64,000 bases of DNA. It comes from Candidatus Multivoradales bacterium. GTDB lineage: Bacteria; Acidobacteriota; Thermoanaerobaculia; Multivoradales; J023. The DNA is taken from positions 224,001 to 288,000 of the forward strand of contig CBDFLE010000005.1 of NCBI GenBank assembly GCA_965248925.1. Reading direction: 5' to 3'. The notes under the pieces were generated by a model, which was not told where the DNA came from, searched no databases, and worked only from the letters and a program-made list of their open reading frames with translations. The stretch's first letter is position 1; the number at the start of each line of letters is the position of its first letter. Positions 37,466 to 47,893 of this stretch are shown here, piece after piece. A program made the position numbers and the translations under genes.

Positions 37466-39973
37466 GTGAAATCGCTGCGCTTCAACCCCGCGTTGCCCCT
37501 GCTGGCCTTCGGCCTGCTGGTGTTCGGGCTGGCTGGATTGTCGATCGCTGACATGTTCATCGCTCGGCCTTTCGACGGCATCGTGCTGCAGCGAGATTCG
37601 TTGTTGATCGGTGAAGTGATCAAGGGCTCCGGCGCGCAGCGGGCCGGCATCCGACCTGCCGACCGGCTCATCGGTATCGGCCGCGAGGCGCTGACGGTGC
37701 CGGCCGATGCTGGCCGTACTCGGATCAAGTTTCGCATCGGCGAGACGGTGCCTTACTTGATTGAGACTCCCACCGAGGGAGTGCGTGAGGTCGCGGTCGA
37801 GCTGGGCCGCTTCCGCCTCGGAGATGGCACCTACATCTATGCGTCGGCGCTCGGCTTCGCTTTCTTTTTCTTCGGCCTCTTCGTCCTTCTGCGGCGACCG
37901 GCGTTGCGCGCTAGCCAGGTCTTCTTCCTGCTCTGCGGCCTGTTCCTGCTATTCCTGGTCTGCCGGTTGCGTCCACCCTCCTACGCCGGCATCGACACTT
38001 GGGTTCTGGGTATCGGCACGGTCGCGTTTCTGCTGCTACCGGCAGCTTTTCTACATTTCTATTTGATCTTTCCGCGACCGGCGCTGTTGCGATCGTGGGA
38101 GAAGGGGCGGTGGCGTGCGCTGGTGCAGCTCTGGCGAGCGGCCTGGCCGGCGATCTATCTGGTGCCGCCGGCGGTGTTCCTGCTGACTCGGGGAGGCCGT
38201 CAGATCAGCGGTCTGCCAGTGGCCAGTTGGTGGTTGCTGGCCCTCTACTTGATCGTCGGTCTGGCGGCGCTGGGAGGCAACTCTCGACGCTTGAAGAGTC
38301 AGCGCGAGAGGCAGGGGGTCGCCATGGTGCTGGCGGGCTCGGTGTTTGGCCTCTTTCCCTTCCTGGTGGCGACGCTGTGGTTCGGCGACATGGTGCGCGG
38401 CGCGGTGTACTTCGTGGTGGCGATCATGCCCTTGGCTTTGGTGCCGCTCACTTTCACTTATGCCATCGTGCGCTTCCAGCTGCTCGATATTCAGGTGATC
38501 TTGCGCCGCAGCCTGCTCTACACCTTGACCACCGCTCTGGTGACCGGCCTCTATGCCGGGGCGATCGCTGGCTTCAGCACCTTCTTTCGAGGGACTCGGG
38601 TAGCCGCTTCGCCTTACTCACCACTGATCCTGGCGCTGGTGATCGTGCTGCTTTTCGAGCCTCTTCGGCGACTGATTCAGGGGCCTGTGGACCGTTTTTT
38701 CTTCGCCGGCCGCTCGCGCCTACAGCGGGCCATGGTAGAGCTTGGCGAGGCGCTGTCAGATCAGTTGGAACCGCAGCGGGTGGTGGAGGAGCTGGTCGAA
38801 CGCTTGCCGCAGCTGCTGGATCTGGAGTTCGCCGCGCTTTATTTGCTGCGTGATTACCGGCTGGTACGCCAAGCGGGACCTACTGACTTGCCCGCTGATC
38901 TGCCGGTGGTAGCTGATCTCCAGGGGCTGCTGCGGCGACGGGCCAGTATTACCCGGTTGAGTCAGATAGGCACCTTGGCGTTACGTTCGCAACCGGTCCA
39001 TCAGATTCTCGCCCAGCTCGAAGATTCCGGCGTCGTGGCGGTGGCCGACTTGGCGACCCGGCGGCGGCACATTGGTATGGTGTTGTTGTCTGGTAAGCGG
39101 GATCGGTTGGCGCTGGAGCGAGAGGAGCTTGATTTGGTGCAGAGCTTAATGCATCAAGCGTCGTTGGCTTTGGAAACCAGCCTGCTGCTTGCTGAGCGGA
39201 CTCAACAAGCCGAGCTGGAACGGGAGATGGAAATCGCCGCCACCGTGCAGAAGCAGGTTCTGCCGCAACATTTAGAACTTGGGGCGGGTTGGCATGTGGC
39301 CGCGGTCTGTCGGCCGGCGCGGGTTGTCGGGGGCGATTTTTATGCCCAGATTCCCGGCGAACGAAGCGCTCGGCCGGCGATTGTTTTTGGTGACGTGTCG
39401 GGCAAGTCGGTGTCGGGGGCCTTGATGATGATGGCCGCCCACGAGGCTTTGCACGCCCTGGCAATGACCCAGCCGCGACCGGACGAGCTCTTTACCTTGG
39501 CTAATCGAAGGCTTTACTCCCTGGGTCGCCGCAGCTTTGTCGCCTTGGGCTACTTTGCGGTCTGCTGCGATGGCCATGGGGAAAGCGATGATAGCTGGCT
39601 ACGCTATCTGGTGGCTGGCCAACCTGCTCCAATACTGTGTCGGGCGAATAGCCTGGTAGAGGAACTACCGCTGCCTGAAGAGCGCACACCGCTGGGAGCT
39701 TTCAACGGTACTCAATACAGCTCATTGGAGGCTCAGATTGCCCCCGGCGAGGTGGTGCTGGGATATTCCGACGGGGTGACCGACGCCCGCTCACCCAGCG
39801 GTGAGTTCTTCGGCGTCGAGCGCCTGCTGGAGGTGCTGAGCGGGGCGCCGGCTGATGCCGACGAGTTGGTTGCCGATGTTTTGGCGGCGATCGATGATTT
39901 TACTCGCGGCGGCCCTCGATATGACGATGTCACCTTGGTAGCGATCGGACGGATGCTGGAGGTATCGAAGTGA
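37466..39973 (+). CDS. Membrane SpoIIE/PP2C-type phosphatase with PDZ-like, multi-TM and GAF-like regions
   Basis: GS.A.RAGI...D PDZ-like segment; several TMs; EMEIA..VQ, VGGDFY, GDVSGK, YSDGVTD, DDVT. Confidence 0.88.
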   Translation: MKSLRFNPALPLLAFGLLVFGLAGLSIADMFIARPFDGIVLQRDSLLIGEVIKGSGAQRAGIRPADRLIGIGREALTVPADAGRTRIKFRIGETVPYLIETPTEGVREVAVELGRFRLGDGTYIYASALGFAFFFFGLFVLLRRPALRASQVFFLLCGLFLLFLVCRLRPPSYAGIDTWVLGIGTVAFLLLPAAFLHFYLIFPRPALLRSWEKGRWRALVQLWRAAWPAIYLVPPAVFLLTRGGRQISGLPVASWWLLALYLIVGLAALGGNSRRLKSQRERQGVAMVLAGSVFGLFPFLVATLWFGDMVRGAVYFVVAIMPLALVPLTFTYAIVRFQLLDIQVILRRSLLYTLTTALVTGLYAGAIAGFSTFFRGTRVAASPYSPLILALVIVLLFEPLRRLIQGPVDRFFFAGRSRLQRAMVELGEALSDQLEPQRVVEELVERLPQLLDLEFAALYLLRDYRLVRQAGPTDLPADLPVVADLQGLLRRRASITRLSQIGTLALRSQPVHQILAQLEDSGVVAVADLATRRRHIGMVLLSGKRDRLALEREELDLVQSLMHQASLALETSLLLAERTQQAELEREMEIAATVQKQVLPQHLELGAGWHVAAVCRPARVVGGDFYAQIPGERSARPAIVFGDVSGKSVSGALMMMAAHEALHALAMTQPRPDELFTLANRRLYSLGRRSFVALGYFAVCCDGHGESDDSWLRYLVAGQPAPILCRANSLVEELPLPEERTPLGAFNGTQYSSLEAQIAPGEVVLGYSDGVTDARSPSGEFFGVERLLEVLSGAPADADELVADVLAAIDDFTRGGPRYDDVTLVAIGRMLEVSK

Positions 39974-41319
39974 AGAATCTTGTGCTCTTGCTGCTCACCC
40001 TGATCCTGGGTGCCACGGCCCTCCTCGGCACCGCTCGTTGGTTGTTTGGGCGCGACGGAGAAGAGGTGGTTTGGACCACCCGGTCGCCGCAGGCGAGAGA
40101 GGAGTTCGAGGCCGCTCTGGCCGATTTTCGGCGCTACTATTGGGACGATGCCAAGGAGCATCTGGAGAGGGCTCTCGAACTCGATCCGGATTTCACTATT
40201 GCCAAGCTCTACCTGGTTAATGTTCGCTCTGGCTGGCCCAACAAGCAGCTGATTGAAGAGCTGCAGGCGGCCGACACCACCCCCTTGTCGGGTCGCGAGC
40301 AGTTGTTGCTCAAATATCGTGGTTTGCGTCACCAAGACCAGAGCGAACAGGCGGCTAGCCTACTCGCTGACTACCTGCAGCAGACCCCCGACGATCCTTA
40401 CGCCTTGAGCCTGCGTTGCGAAGAGTTGTGGGTGGTTGAAGAGTCAACCGGTGCGGCGGCGGTTTGCTACCGAGAGATGGCCGAGCTCCATCCCAATTGG
40501 GTGCTGGCCCACAACCGATTGGGGTACCTGGAGATGGCGCAAGCTCGCTTCGCTTCGGCGGAAAATGAATTCTGCACCTATCGCTACATCGCACCTGACC
40601 AGGCAAATCCTCATGATTCGTTGGGTGAGCTGCTGACTTTGGTAGGCCGCTACGAGGAGGCCGAAAAAGCGCTGTTGGCGGCCTTGTCGATCAAGAGCAA
40701 CTTCTGCAGCGCGCAGTTTCATCTCGGTTCGCTCTACTTGCTCTGGGGACGATCCGGTGAAATCGAGCAACGCTTGGCCAGCAGCGGTGCTGACGACACT
40801 TGCAGCGAGGGTCCGGAAATGGCAGCCCTGGCTTGCCAAGCGAGGCTCTACCCGCACTACCTAGCCGGCGAGCTGGAGCAGGCTTGGCAAGCGCTCGAGG
40901 AGTGTGACGCCGCCTCGGGGTTGTTCATCTGGCGCTTCCGTCTAGCACTGGCCACTGGCCGACCTGAGGCTGCGGACGAGGTCGAGGAGGCGCTCCTCGT
41001 GCGCCGGCGCCTACATCCCAGCAGCACCTTGGACGGTATCGTGCTGCATCTGGAAGGCTTGCGGCGGATGCACGCTGGCGAGCCGGCGCAGGCGGCAGAA
41101 CTCTTTGCCCTCGCTGACCAAGTGAAGACCTACAGAACCAGCGAAAGTGGCCGCTCAAAACTATTCAATCTTCTGCATTGGTCGACCGCTCTTGAGGCGG
41201 CTGGCGATAGTGCGGCGGCGGCCGAGGTTCAGCAGCGGCTGGCGGCGGTTAATCCGCGCTATCTGGAGAGCGTGAGGATTACCGATCTGCCATCGTTCGC
41301 GGCCGCACTAGAGAACTGA
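39970..41319 (+). CDS. TPR repeat protein, N-terminal anchor or signal peptide
   Basis: ALELDPDF, AHNRLGY, NPHDSLGE; GTGA overlap with the upstream gene. Confidence 0.8.
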   Translation: MKNLVLLLLTLILGATALLGTARWLFGRDGEEVVWTTRSPQAREEFEAALADFRRYYWDDAKEHLERALELDPDFTIAKLYLVNVRSGWPNKQLIEELQAADTTPLSGREQLLLKYRGLRHQDQSEQAASLLADYLQQTPDDPYALSLRCEELWVVEESTGAAAVCYREMAELHPNWVLAHNRLGYLEMAQARFASAENEFCTYRYIAPDQANPHDSLGELLTLVGRYEEAEKALLAALSIKSNFCSAQFHLGSLYLLWGRSGEIEQRLASSGADDTCSEGPEMAALACQARLYPHYLAGELEQAWQALEECDAASGLFIWRFRLALATGRPEAADEVEEALLVRRRLHPSSTLDGIVLHLEGLRRMHAGEPAQAAELFALADQVKTYRTSESGRSKLFNLLHWSTALEAAGDSAAAAEVQQRLAAVNPRYLESVRITDLPSFAAALEN

Positions 41320-41344
41320 GGCTTTCAGTCCCCCCTGCCCGGTA

Positions 41345-41378
41345 GCGAAGAAAAGCCCCAACACTTGGGGTTTTTCGC
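41345..41378 (+). terminator. Intrinsic terminator-like hairpin
   Basis: AAAAGCCCCAA-CAC-TTGGGGTTTTT. Confidence 0.6.
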
Positions 41379-41459
41379 CAACAGAATACGCTGGTGCCAG
41401 ACAGGGCCGCCGTAGGTGGCGGCAAATTTGTGCATTATTGAGACAGGAAGATGGAGAAA

Positions 41460-41487
41460 TTGACATTCTAGTGATAGGGGTTATGCT
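41460..41487 (+). promoter_or_regulatory. Possible sigma70 promoter
   Basis: TTGACA, 16 nt spacer, TATGCT. Confidence 0.45.
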
Positions 41488-41702
41488 TTTGCTGCCAACG
41501 CACAGGAAGAGGTGGAAAGCTGCTGTTCTTGCCACCACTCAACTCCAATCTTGAAACGCTCTGGGGTGGGGGGATCGGCAGACCGAGAGCAAGTCGGATA
41601 CTCATCTTGTGAGCCTAGTCAGAGCCGAGTCTCGGAGTGGGTACTGGCAATTTAACGCCCCGATGCACCGCGCATCAGGCTATTTTTGGGAGGTTACCTA
41701 GC

Positions 41703-42194
41703 ATGCAACTGACCCGGTATACGGACTATTCTCTGCGTCTCTTAATGCTCCTCGGACTGCGCTCGGGCAAGCTGATGACTATCCAGCGAGTCAGTGACGC
41801 CTACGGCATTTCGCGAAATCACTTGGTCAAGATTGTCAATCACCTGTCCGGCTTGGGCATGGTAGAAACTAATCGTGGTCGCAAGGGCGGTATTCGCTTG
41901 GCGTTGGATCCCAAAGAGATCGTTGTCGGCGAGCTGATTCGTGAGTTGGAGCCGACCTTGCGGATCGCTGAGTGTTTTGACGAGAAGAGCAACAGCTGCG
42001 TGATTTCGACGGCCTGCATGCTCAAGCCGGCGCTGAGTCTGGCACTCAAGGAGTTCTTCAGGGTGTTGGATAAGTACACCCTGGCCGATCTGCTTGAGAG
42101 CCGCAAAGAACTTGGCATACCGCTTGGCATCGGCACTCCGCCGGTGGCTCTGCGGGAACCTCGGTCGGGAATGTTGGTCAACTTAGGGAGCTAG
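41703..42194 (+). CDS. nsrR: Rrf2 family regulator, NsrR-like
   Basis: MQLTRYTDYSLR, ISRNHLVKIV, RGRKGG, three Cys (EC...C.I...C.L). Confidence 0.8.
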   Translation: MQLTRYTDYSLRLLMLLGLRSGKLMTIQRVSDAYGISRNHLVKIVNHLSGLGMVETNRGRKGGIRLALDPKEIVVGELIRELEPTLRIAECFDEKSNSCVISTACMLKPALSLALKEFFRVLDKYTLADLLESRKELGIPLGIGTPPVALREPRSGMLVNLGS

Positions 42195-42215
42195 CTAGCA
42201 GGCAGCGGCTGTCGC

Positions 42216-42893
42216 TCAGGGCGCCAAGCGCTCGATGCTCCAACCGGTGCCTCGGCCCGCCGCCGAATAGCGAAAGCGGTCGTGGAGCCGGTTGCTGCGG
42301 CCCTGCCAGAACTCCACCTCGTCCGGCACCAGCAGGTAGCCGCCCCAGAAGGGAGGAGGGGCGATGGGCCGGTCGGCGAATCTCTCCTCGACCTCGGCAA
42401 TCTGTACTTCCAGCCGTTGCCGATTGTCGATCGGCCGACTCTGTGCCGAACTCCAGGCGCCAATCCTACTGCCTCGCGGTCGACTGCCGAAGTACTCCTC
42501 AGTTTGGCGGCGCGAGACCTTACGGACTTTGCCGGCGAGCCTTACCTGGCGCGACAGGGGTTGCCAGAAAAAGCACACTGCGGCGTTGGGATTGGCCGCC
42601 AACTCCGCGCCCTTGCGACTCTCGTAGTTGGTGTAGAACACCAATCCCCGCTCCTCGAGTCCCTTGAGCAGGACTACCCGCGCGGAGGGACGCCCGCTGC
42701 CATCGACGGTGGCCAAGACCATCGCCGTTGGTTCGGGTGCCGCGGCGGCGATGGCCTGTTCCAGCCATTTGCCGAGCAAAGTTAAAGGTTCAGCTTCGAG
42801 GTCCTTGCGGAGCAGCGGTTGACCCCGGTAGTCATCGCGTAAAGCGGCGAGATCCACCGCGGTGAGGGTTGGCGGTTGTTTCGCATCAGGCAT
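42216..42893 (-). CDS. pdxH: Pyridoxamine 5'-phosphate oxidase
   Basis: PSARVVLLK, FYTNYESRKG, RQVR, YF.SRP, EFWQGR.NRLHDR, LAP end. Confidence 0.95.
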   Translation of the reverse strand: MPDAKQPPTLTAVDLAALRDDYRGQPLLRKDLEAEPLTLLGKWLEQAIAAAAPEPTAMVLATVDGSGRPSARVVLLKGLEERGLVFYTNYESRKGAELAANPNAAVCFFWQPLSRQVRLAGKVRKVSRRQTEEYFGSRPRGSRIGAWSSAQSRPIDNRQRLEVQIAEVEERFADRPIAPPPFWGGYLLVPDEVEFWQGRSNRLHDRFRYSAAGRGTGWSIERLAP

Positions 42894-43854
42894 CGCTGGT
42901 TGCTCCTTGCGGCTCCATGGCGTCTCGGGCAACCCCCGCCGCGGGTGGGGTGTACCAGCAGGCATCGGCGAGCAACACCAGCGCGATCCACACCAGGTCG
43001 GCTAGCAGCAGATGGACCAACTGCATCCACACTGGAGCGAGCAGAAGGATATTGACCGCACCGACCAGCAGCTGGGTGATCACCAGCAGGCTGAGTTGGG
43101 TTGCCCTTCGCTTGACCGCTCGGTCGCGGCGGTGGAATCGACGCGCCCGGCCTGCCAGGTGGATCAGCAGCAAAGCCACGGCGACGGCCATCAGCGGATG
43201 AAGTACGCGCAGCTGAATGAGCACGCTCGAAGTCGGCGACAGGTCCTGCCGAAGTGCTTCGGCCAACGAGCTAGCCGGGTGGAGAGTGTCGCCCAAGGCG
43301 GTGACCGCGCCACTGATACCGAGCAGAATGCTGGCGCCCAACGCACCGTACAACCCGCGGCGCAGGGGTCCGGGAGCGTCGCCGCGAGGGTATTCCTCAG
43401 CACTCCAATGGGCGGTCAAGGTCAGGGCGGCGAGCAGCAGGAAGGTGTTGGCCATATGGGTGGACATGAACAGGGCTCTGGCCACCGACTCATTCTCGGC
43501 CACCAGCTTGAAAAGTACCAACCCAGCGCCGATTGCGGCTTCGCTGAGCATCAAGGCCAGGGAAGCGGCCGCTGCCCGGCGAGTCCGGTGGCGGCGGGGG
43601 AAAAGGCGGCAAGCCAACACCAGCATCACCACCACCAGGATCAGAGCGATACCACTGGTCAGGCGGTGGGAGAATTCGATCAGGGTCTTGAGAGCGGGTG
43701 CGCGGGGCACCACTTGGCCATTGCACAGCGGCCAATTGTTGCCGCAACCGGCTCCCGAGCCAGTGGCGCGGACGAGAGCTCCCCAAACAATCACGCCGAG
43801 GTTGGCGAGCAGCACGGCCCAGGCGAAACGGCGAAAGCGTTGTCGTCGACTCAT
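42886..43854 (-). CDS. ctaA: Heme A synthase (COX15/CtaA family)
   Basis: GALVRATGSGAGC..WPLC.G, IEFSHR, conserved His residues in TM helices. Confidence 0.85.
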   Translation of the reverse strand: MSRRQRFRRFAWAVLLANLGVIVWGALVRATGSGAGCGNNWPLCNGQVVPRAPALKTLIEFSHRLTSGIALILVVVMLVLACRLFPRRHRTRRAAAASLALMLSEAAIGAGLVLFKLVAENESVARALFMSTHMANTFLLLAALTLTAHWSAEEYPRGDAPGPLRRGLYGALGASILLGISGAVTALGDTLHPASSLAEALRQDLSPTSSVLIQLRVLHPLMAVAVALLLIHLAGRARRFHRRDRAVKRRATQLSLLVITQLLVGAVNILLLAPVWMQLVHLLLADLVWIALVLLADACWYTPPAAGVARDAMEPQGATSDA

Positions 43855-43866
43855 CGCAGAGAGCTG

Positions 43867-45354
43867 CTAGCGCTCGACCCAATAGTTCGGCGCTTCTTTG
43901 GTGATCACCACATCGTGGGCGTGACTCTCTCTGAGGCCGGCGCCGGAGATGCGCACGAAGGTGGTCTTGGTGCGTAGCTCATGGATGTCAGCGGCACCGG
44001 ACAGGCCCATGCCGGAACGCAGGCCGCCGGTGAGCTGTTGGATGGTCTGATGCACGCTGCCCTTGAAAGGCACCATGCCTTCGATGCCCTCGGGAACCAT
44101 CTTTGACAGCGGCTGGCTGTCGTCTTGGAAATAGCGCTCGGCGCTGCCGCGGCGCATCGCCGACAGCGAGCCCATGCCGCGGTAGGCCTTGTAGGTGCGC
44201 CCCTGGTAGAGGATGGTCTCCCCAGGGCTCTCTTCGGTGCCTGCGAAGATCGAACCGATCATCACCGTGGAGGCCCCGGCGGCGATCGCCTTGGTCAGAT
44301 CGCCCGAGAATTTGATCCCGCCATCGGCGATCACCGGCACCCCGTGCTCGGCGGCGATGGCGGCGCAATCGTTGATCGCCGTCACCTGCGGCATGCCGGC
44401 GCCAGTGACGATGCGGGTGGTGCAGATGCTGCCCGGGCCGATGCCTACCTTGATGGCGTCGGCACCGCGCTCGATCAGATCGCGGGTGCCGGCAGCGGTA
44501 GCCACGTTGCCGACGATCAATGGCACCTCGGGCAGCCGATCGCGCAGGGTGGCAACGGCATCCAGCACGCCGTCGCTGTGGGCGTGGGAAGAATCGACCA
44601 CCAACAGGTCGGCCTTGGCGTCGAGCAAGGCGCTGGCACGCTGCAGATAGTCGCCGCCGGTGCCGATCGCGGCCCCCACTCGCAGGCGACCCAAGTGGTC
44701 CTTGCAGGCATGGGGATAGGTCGACATCTTTTGGATGTCCTTGACCGTGATCAGGCCGGTCAGATTGCCATCGTCGTCGACCACAAGCAGCTTCTCAATA
44801 CGGTGCTTGTGCAGTAGCGCTTTGGCTTCTTCGAGGGTTGTGCCCTGGGCGACGGTCACCAGATTCTTATGGGTCATCAAGTCGCTGATCGGGCGTTCGT
44901 GGTTAGCCTCAAAGCGTAGGTCGCGGTTGGTCAGGATGCCGACCAGGCGACCGTCGGAATCGGTCACCGGCAGACCGGAGATCTTATAGCGGGCCATCAC
45001 TTCCAGGGCCTCGCGGATCTTCTCCTGCGGCTGCATGGTCACCGGGTCGACGATCATACCCGCCTCGCTGCGTTTCACTTTGTCGACTTCACCGGCTTGG
45101 TCGTCGATGGATAGATTCTTGTGCACTATCCCGAGACCGCCTTCTTGGGCCAAAGCGATTGCCAGAGTGGACTCGGTGACGGTGTCCATCGCCGCGGAGA
45201 TCAAGGGAATGTTGAGTTCGATACCCCGGCACAGGCGGGTGCGCAAGTCGACGAGATTGGGATGCACCGCCGAGCGCCCTGGCTGGAGCAGCACGTCGTC
45301 GAAAGTCAGTGCGAGACGGGAGGCAACGGCAGATGATGAATTCTCGGAAGACAT
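43867..45354 (-). CDS. guaB: IMP dehydrogenase
   Basis: [19 protein letters not shown] pair, [30 protein letters not shown]. Confidence 0.97.
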   Translation of the reverse strand: MSSENSSSAVASRLALTFDDVLLQPGRSAVHPNLVDLRTRLCRGIELNIPLISAAMDTVTESTLAIALAQEGGLGIVHKNLSIDDQAGEVDKVKRSEAGMIVDPVTMQPQEKIREALEVMARYKISGLPVTDSDGRLVGILTNRDLRFEANHERPISDLMTHKNLVTVAQGTTLEEAKALLHKHRIEKLLVVDDDGNLTGLITVKDIQKMSTYPHACKDHLGRLRVGAAIGTGGDYLQRASALLDAKADLLVVDSSHAHSDGVLDAVATLRDRLPEVPLIVGNVATAAGTRDLIERGADAIKVGIGPGSICTTRIVTGAGMPQVTAINDCAAIAAEHGVPVIADGGIKFSGDLTKAIAAGASTVMIGSIFAGTEESPGETILYQGRTYKAYRGMGSLSAMRRGSAERYFQDDSQPLSKMVPEGIEGMVPFKGSVHQTIQQLTGGLRSGMGLSGAADIHELRTKTTFVRISGAGLRESHAHDVVITKEAPNYWVER

Positions 45355-45525
45355 CGGCACGGTACTCCGCAATGTTCTGGGGGCCAGTAGGTGGTTCGAC
45401 TGGGGCTATTCGTCGGGCTATCTGTCGGCACCTAGCGGTCGGGCGCCAACAGTGGGCAGGGTACCATGTCTGTTTTGGTCGGCAGCTATTCAAACCCATT
45501 TTCACCCCTCGGCGTCTCAAGGTAG

Positions 45526-46104
45526 ATGATGAGCACCTGCTACGATCTCGCGGTCGCAAACCCCCGTCCGGAGTCAACCTCGTTGTCCGATCTACAACAG
45601 CTGGTGGAACGTGCCCAGGCTGGTGAGCGTGGCGCTTTTGACCAACTCTATGAGCGCCATGTCGGCCGGATTTTCGCCCTCTGCCTGCGCATGTCGGGCA
45701 ATCGCGACGACGCCACCGAGCTTACCCAGCAGGCTTTCGTGCGCGCCTGGGACAAGCTCGGTAGTTTTGGCGGCCACAGCGCCTTTGGCTCTTGGCTGCA
45801 TCGGCTGGCGGTCAATGTAGTGCTCGGCGAGTGGCGGCGGCGGGGGCGGCAGCGAGATCGGCTGAAGGCTTTTGCCGACCGGTTGACGGAAGATGCCGGC
45901 ACAGTGCGGGAGAAACCACGTCTAACCGTCGATCTCGAACGGGCCATTCGGCGATTGCCCAAAGGTGCGCGAACGGTATTCGTACTGCACGACGTTGAGG
46001 GCTATCGCCACCGCGAGGTTGCTGAGCTCACCGGCTTGGCGATCGGCACTTCGAAAGCGCAGTTGCACCGTGCCCGGCGCCTACTGCGGGAGATTTTGCG
46101 ATGA
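45526..46104 (+). CDS. ECF RNA polymerase sigma factor
   Basis: AF..LY, F.SWLHRLAVN, LP...R.VFVLHDVEGY...E.A, SK.QLHRAR. Confidence 0.92.
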   Translation: MMSTCYDLAVANPRPESTSLSDLQQLVERAQAGERGAFDQLYERHVGRIFALCLRMSGNRDDATELTQQAFVRAWDKLGSFGGHSAFGSWLHRLAVNVVLGEWRRRGRQRDRLKAFADRLTEDAGTVREKPRLTVDLERAIRRLPKGARTVFVLHDVEGYRHREVAELTGLAIGTSKAQLHRARRLLREILR

Positions 46105-46784
46105 ATCACCCAAGCGAACCCCAGAACCATGGCTGCCAGTTCTGCGAGGCGTTGATCGATGACTACGTCGACGGCGAGCTCGACGGTGGCCGCATTGCCA
46201 AAATCGAAAAACATCTGAGCCAGTGCGCCGCTTGCCGCAGCTTGCTGGACCAAACTCGCCGCCTGCTCGAAGCGGCGGCGTCCCTACCGCGCAGTCTGCC
46301 GCCACCGGCCGATCTACTGCCAGAGATCCATCGCCAGATGGCGGCCCTGGCAGCGCCGCGCCGCAACTTGGCGAGTTGGACCTGGCAAGCGCTGGCGGCA
46401 ATTCTGCTGATCGGCTTCGGTGCCTTCCTGGCGCGGGTTTTCTGGTTGCCTGTAGCCAGCCACGACAGTCTTGAAAGACTTGAAGAATCGCTGGCCTTTG
46501 CCGATAGCGGTCCCACTAGTACTTTCGTTAGCGCCGAGGCGCAGCTGGTGGGAGCGCAGCAGAACCTGCGTCGGCTGATCGACCTTCGGCGCAAGGATCT
46601 GTCGCCAAAAACCCTGCGCGTGGTGGAGCGCAATCTAAGAATTATCGATGAAGCCACCGCCGAACTCCATCGGGCGCTGGAGTTGGAACCCGGCAATCCG
46701 CAAATCGAGGCGCGCTTGTTGGCTCAGCATCAAATGCAGATCTCGCTGTTGCGGCGCTTGACTTCGCCCCGGGAGTTGTCGTGA
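46101..46784 (+). CDS. Anti-sigma factor with zf-HC2 zinc finger
   Basis: C...IDDYVDGEL...HL..C..C, then a TM segment; ATGA overlap. Confidence 0.88.
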   Translation: MNHPSEPQNHGCQFCEALIDDYVDGELDGGRIAKIEKHLSQCAACRSLLDQTRRLLEAAASLPRSLPPPADLLPEIHRQMAALAAPRRNLASWTWQALAAILLIGFGAFLARVFWLPVASHDSLERLEESLAFADSGPTSTFVSAEAQLVGAQQNLRRLIDLRRKDLSPKTLRVVERNLRIIDEATAELHRALELEPGNPQIEARLLAQHQMQISLLRRLTSPRELS

Positions 46785-47683
46785 GGGGCGTCCGCCGCGC
46801 CGGCAAGGTGTTGACCACCTCGTTGATTGGTTGGCTGCTGTGGGTGACGCCAATCTTGGCTGCGTCGGAGGTCCGTCGCGTCGACCGTAGTCTCGCCGCC
46901 GTGGTGGGCGGCACCGTGGAGGTGGAAGTAATCGCTGGCAAGATCGAGGTGGATTGCTGGCAGCAATCCGAGGTCCGCTTGCAGGGCACTCTCGATCAGC
47001 GGGCCAAGCTGACCTTCGAGCGGCGTGGTGAGCGGGTTTTGGTACGGGTCGAACCGCCTGCGGACGGCAAGAGCCCAGCGGCCGACCTGCGGTTGCAAAC
47101 TCCTTGCGGGGGTTTGCTTCTCGTTACTACCATCAGCGCCGATATATCGGTCGCCGGCGATCGCGAAGAAGTTGAAATCTCGACTGTCAGCGGCGATCTT
47201 GAGCTGCGCTTGGCGGCCCCCACCATCACTCTGCAGACGGTGACCGGCAGAATTGACTTTCGCGGCCGGGCCAGCACTCTGCAAGCCGAGGTGGTCAGTG
47301 GGTCACTGGAGATTGCGGGCGAGGTCGAGGAGATCGAGGCCAACGCCATCAGTGGCCGAATCCTCATAGAAGTCGCCGGGCTGCGGAGCATGCACGGCAG
47401 CAGTGTTTCGGGATCGATCGCGCTGAGCGCGGTGCTGCGGGCCAGTGCCGAAGTCGAACTCGAAAGCCACAGCGGCTCGATCGAGGCGCGTCTGCCGCGA
47501 TCTACTTCGGCCCTGCTGTCGGCACGCACTTGGAGCGGCCCGATAGACAACCGCCTGGACCCCGACATCCGAACGAACCCCAGTGGTCACGGCGGCGAGA
47601 GCTTGGAGCTGCATCTTGGCGCGGGGGAGGCTAGCATCGACCTTGAGACCTTCAGCGGCGAGATCCGCCTGCGCCGCCGCTAA
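46781..47683 (+). CDS. DUF4097 beta-strand repeat protein
   Basis: Signal peptide; repeated T.SG.I units; usual third gene of such ECF operons. Confidence 0.8.
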   Translation: MRGVRRAGKVLTTSLIGWLLWVTPILAASEVRRVDRSLAAVVGGTVEVEVIAGKIEVDCWQQSEVRLQGTLDQRAKLTFERRGERVLVRVEPPADGKSPAADLRLQTPCGGLLLVTTISADISVAGDREEVEISTVSGDLELRLAAPTITLQTVTGRIDFRGRASTLQAEVVSGSLEIAGEVEEIEANAISGRILIEVAGLRSMHGSSVSGSIALSAVLRASAEVELESHSGSIEARLPRSTSALLSARTWSGPIDNRLDPDIRTNPSGHGGESLELHLGAGEASIDLETFSGEIRLRRR

Positions 47684-47893
47684 ATCAACCAGCTCAGCGT
47701 TCGCGGATCAGGGCCGTAGGCGGAGCTTGGGCGACCGGCGGCTGCGGAATCAGGTGCCAGCCTCTTGGCTTCCTTCGCTTCGTCGGGAGAAGTGACGAGC
47801 ACCACATCCGCTGCCAGCGCCAGCTGGGCTCTGCTTCCCTCGTAGCGTCCGCGCAGGGTGCCGTCAGTACCCAGCAGAGGCCGGATATGCCAT

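Noticed and set aside
41662-41676. NsrR box (GATGC-N5-GCATC) upstream of the Rrf2 gene
   Set aside because: Spacing is shorter and centre more GC-rich than the known NsrR inverted repeat.
43867-45354. guaB as island integration site
   Set aside because: The known hotspot is guaA; no duplicated guaB end seen near the integrase.
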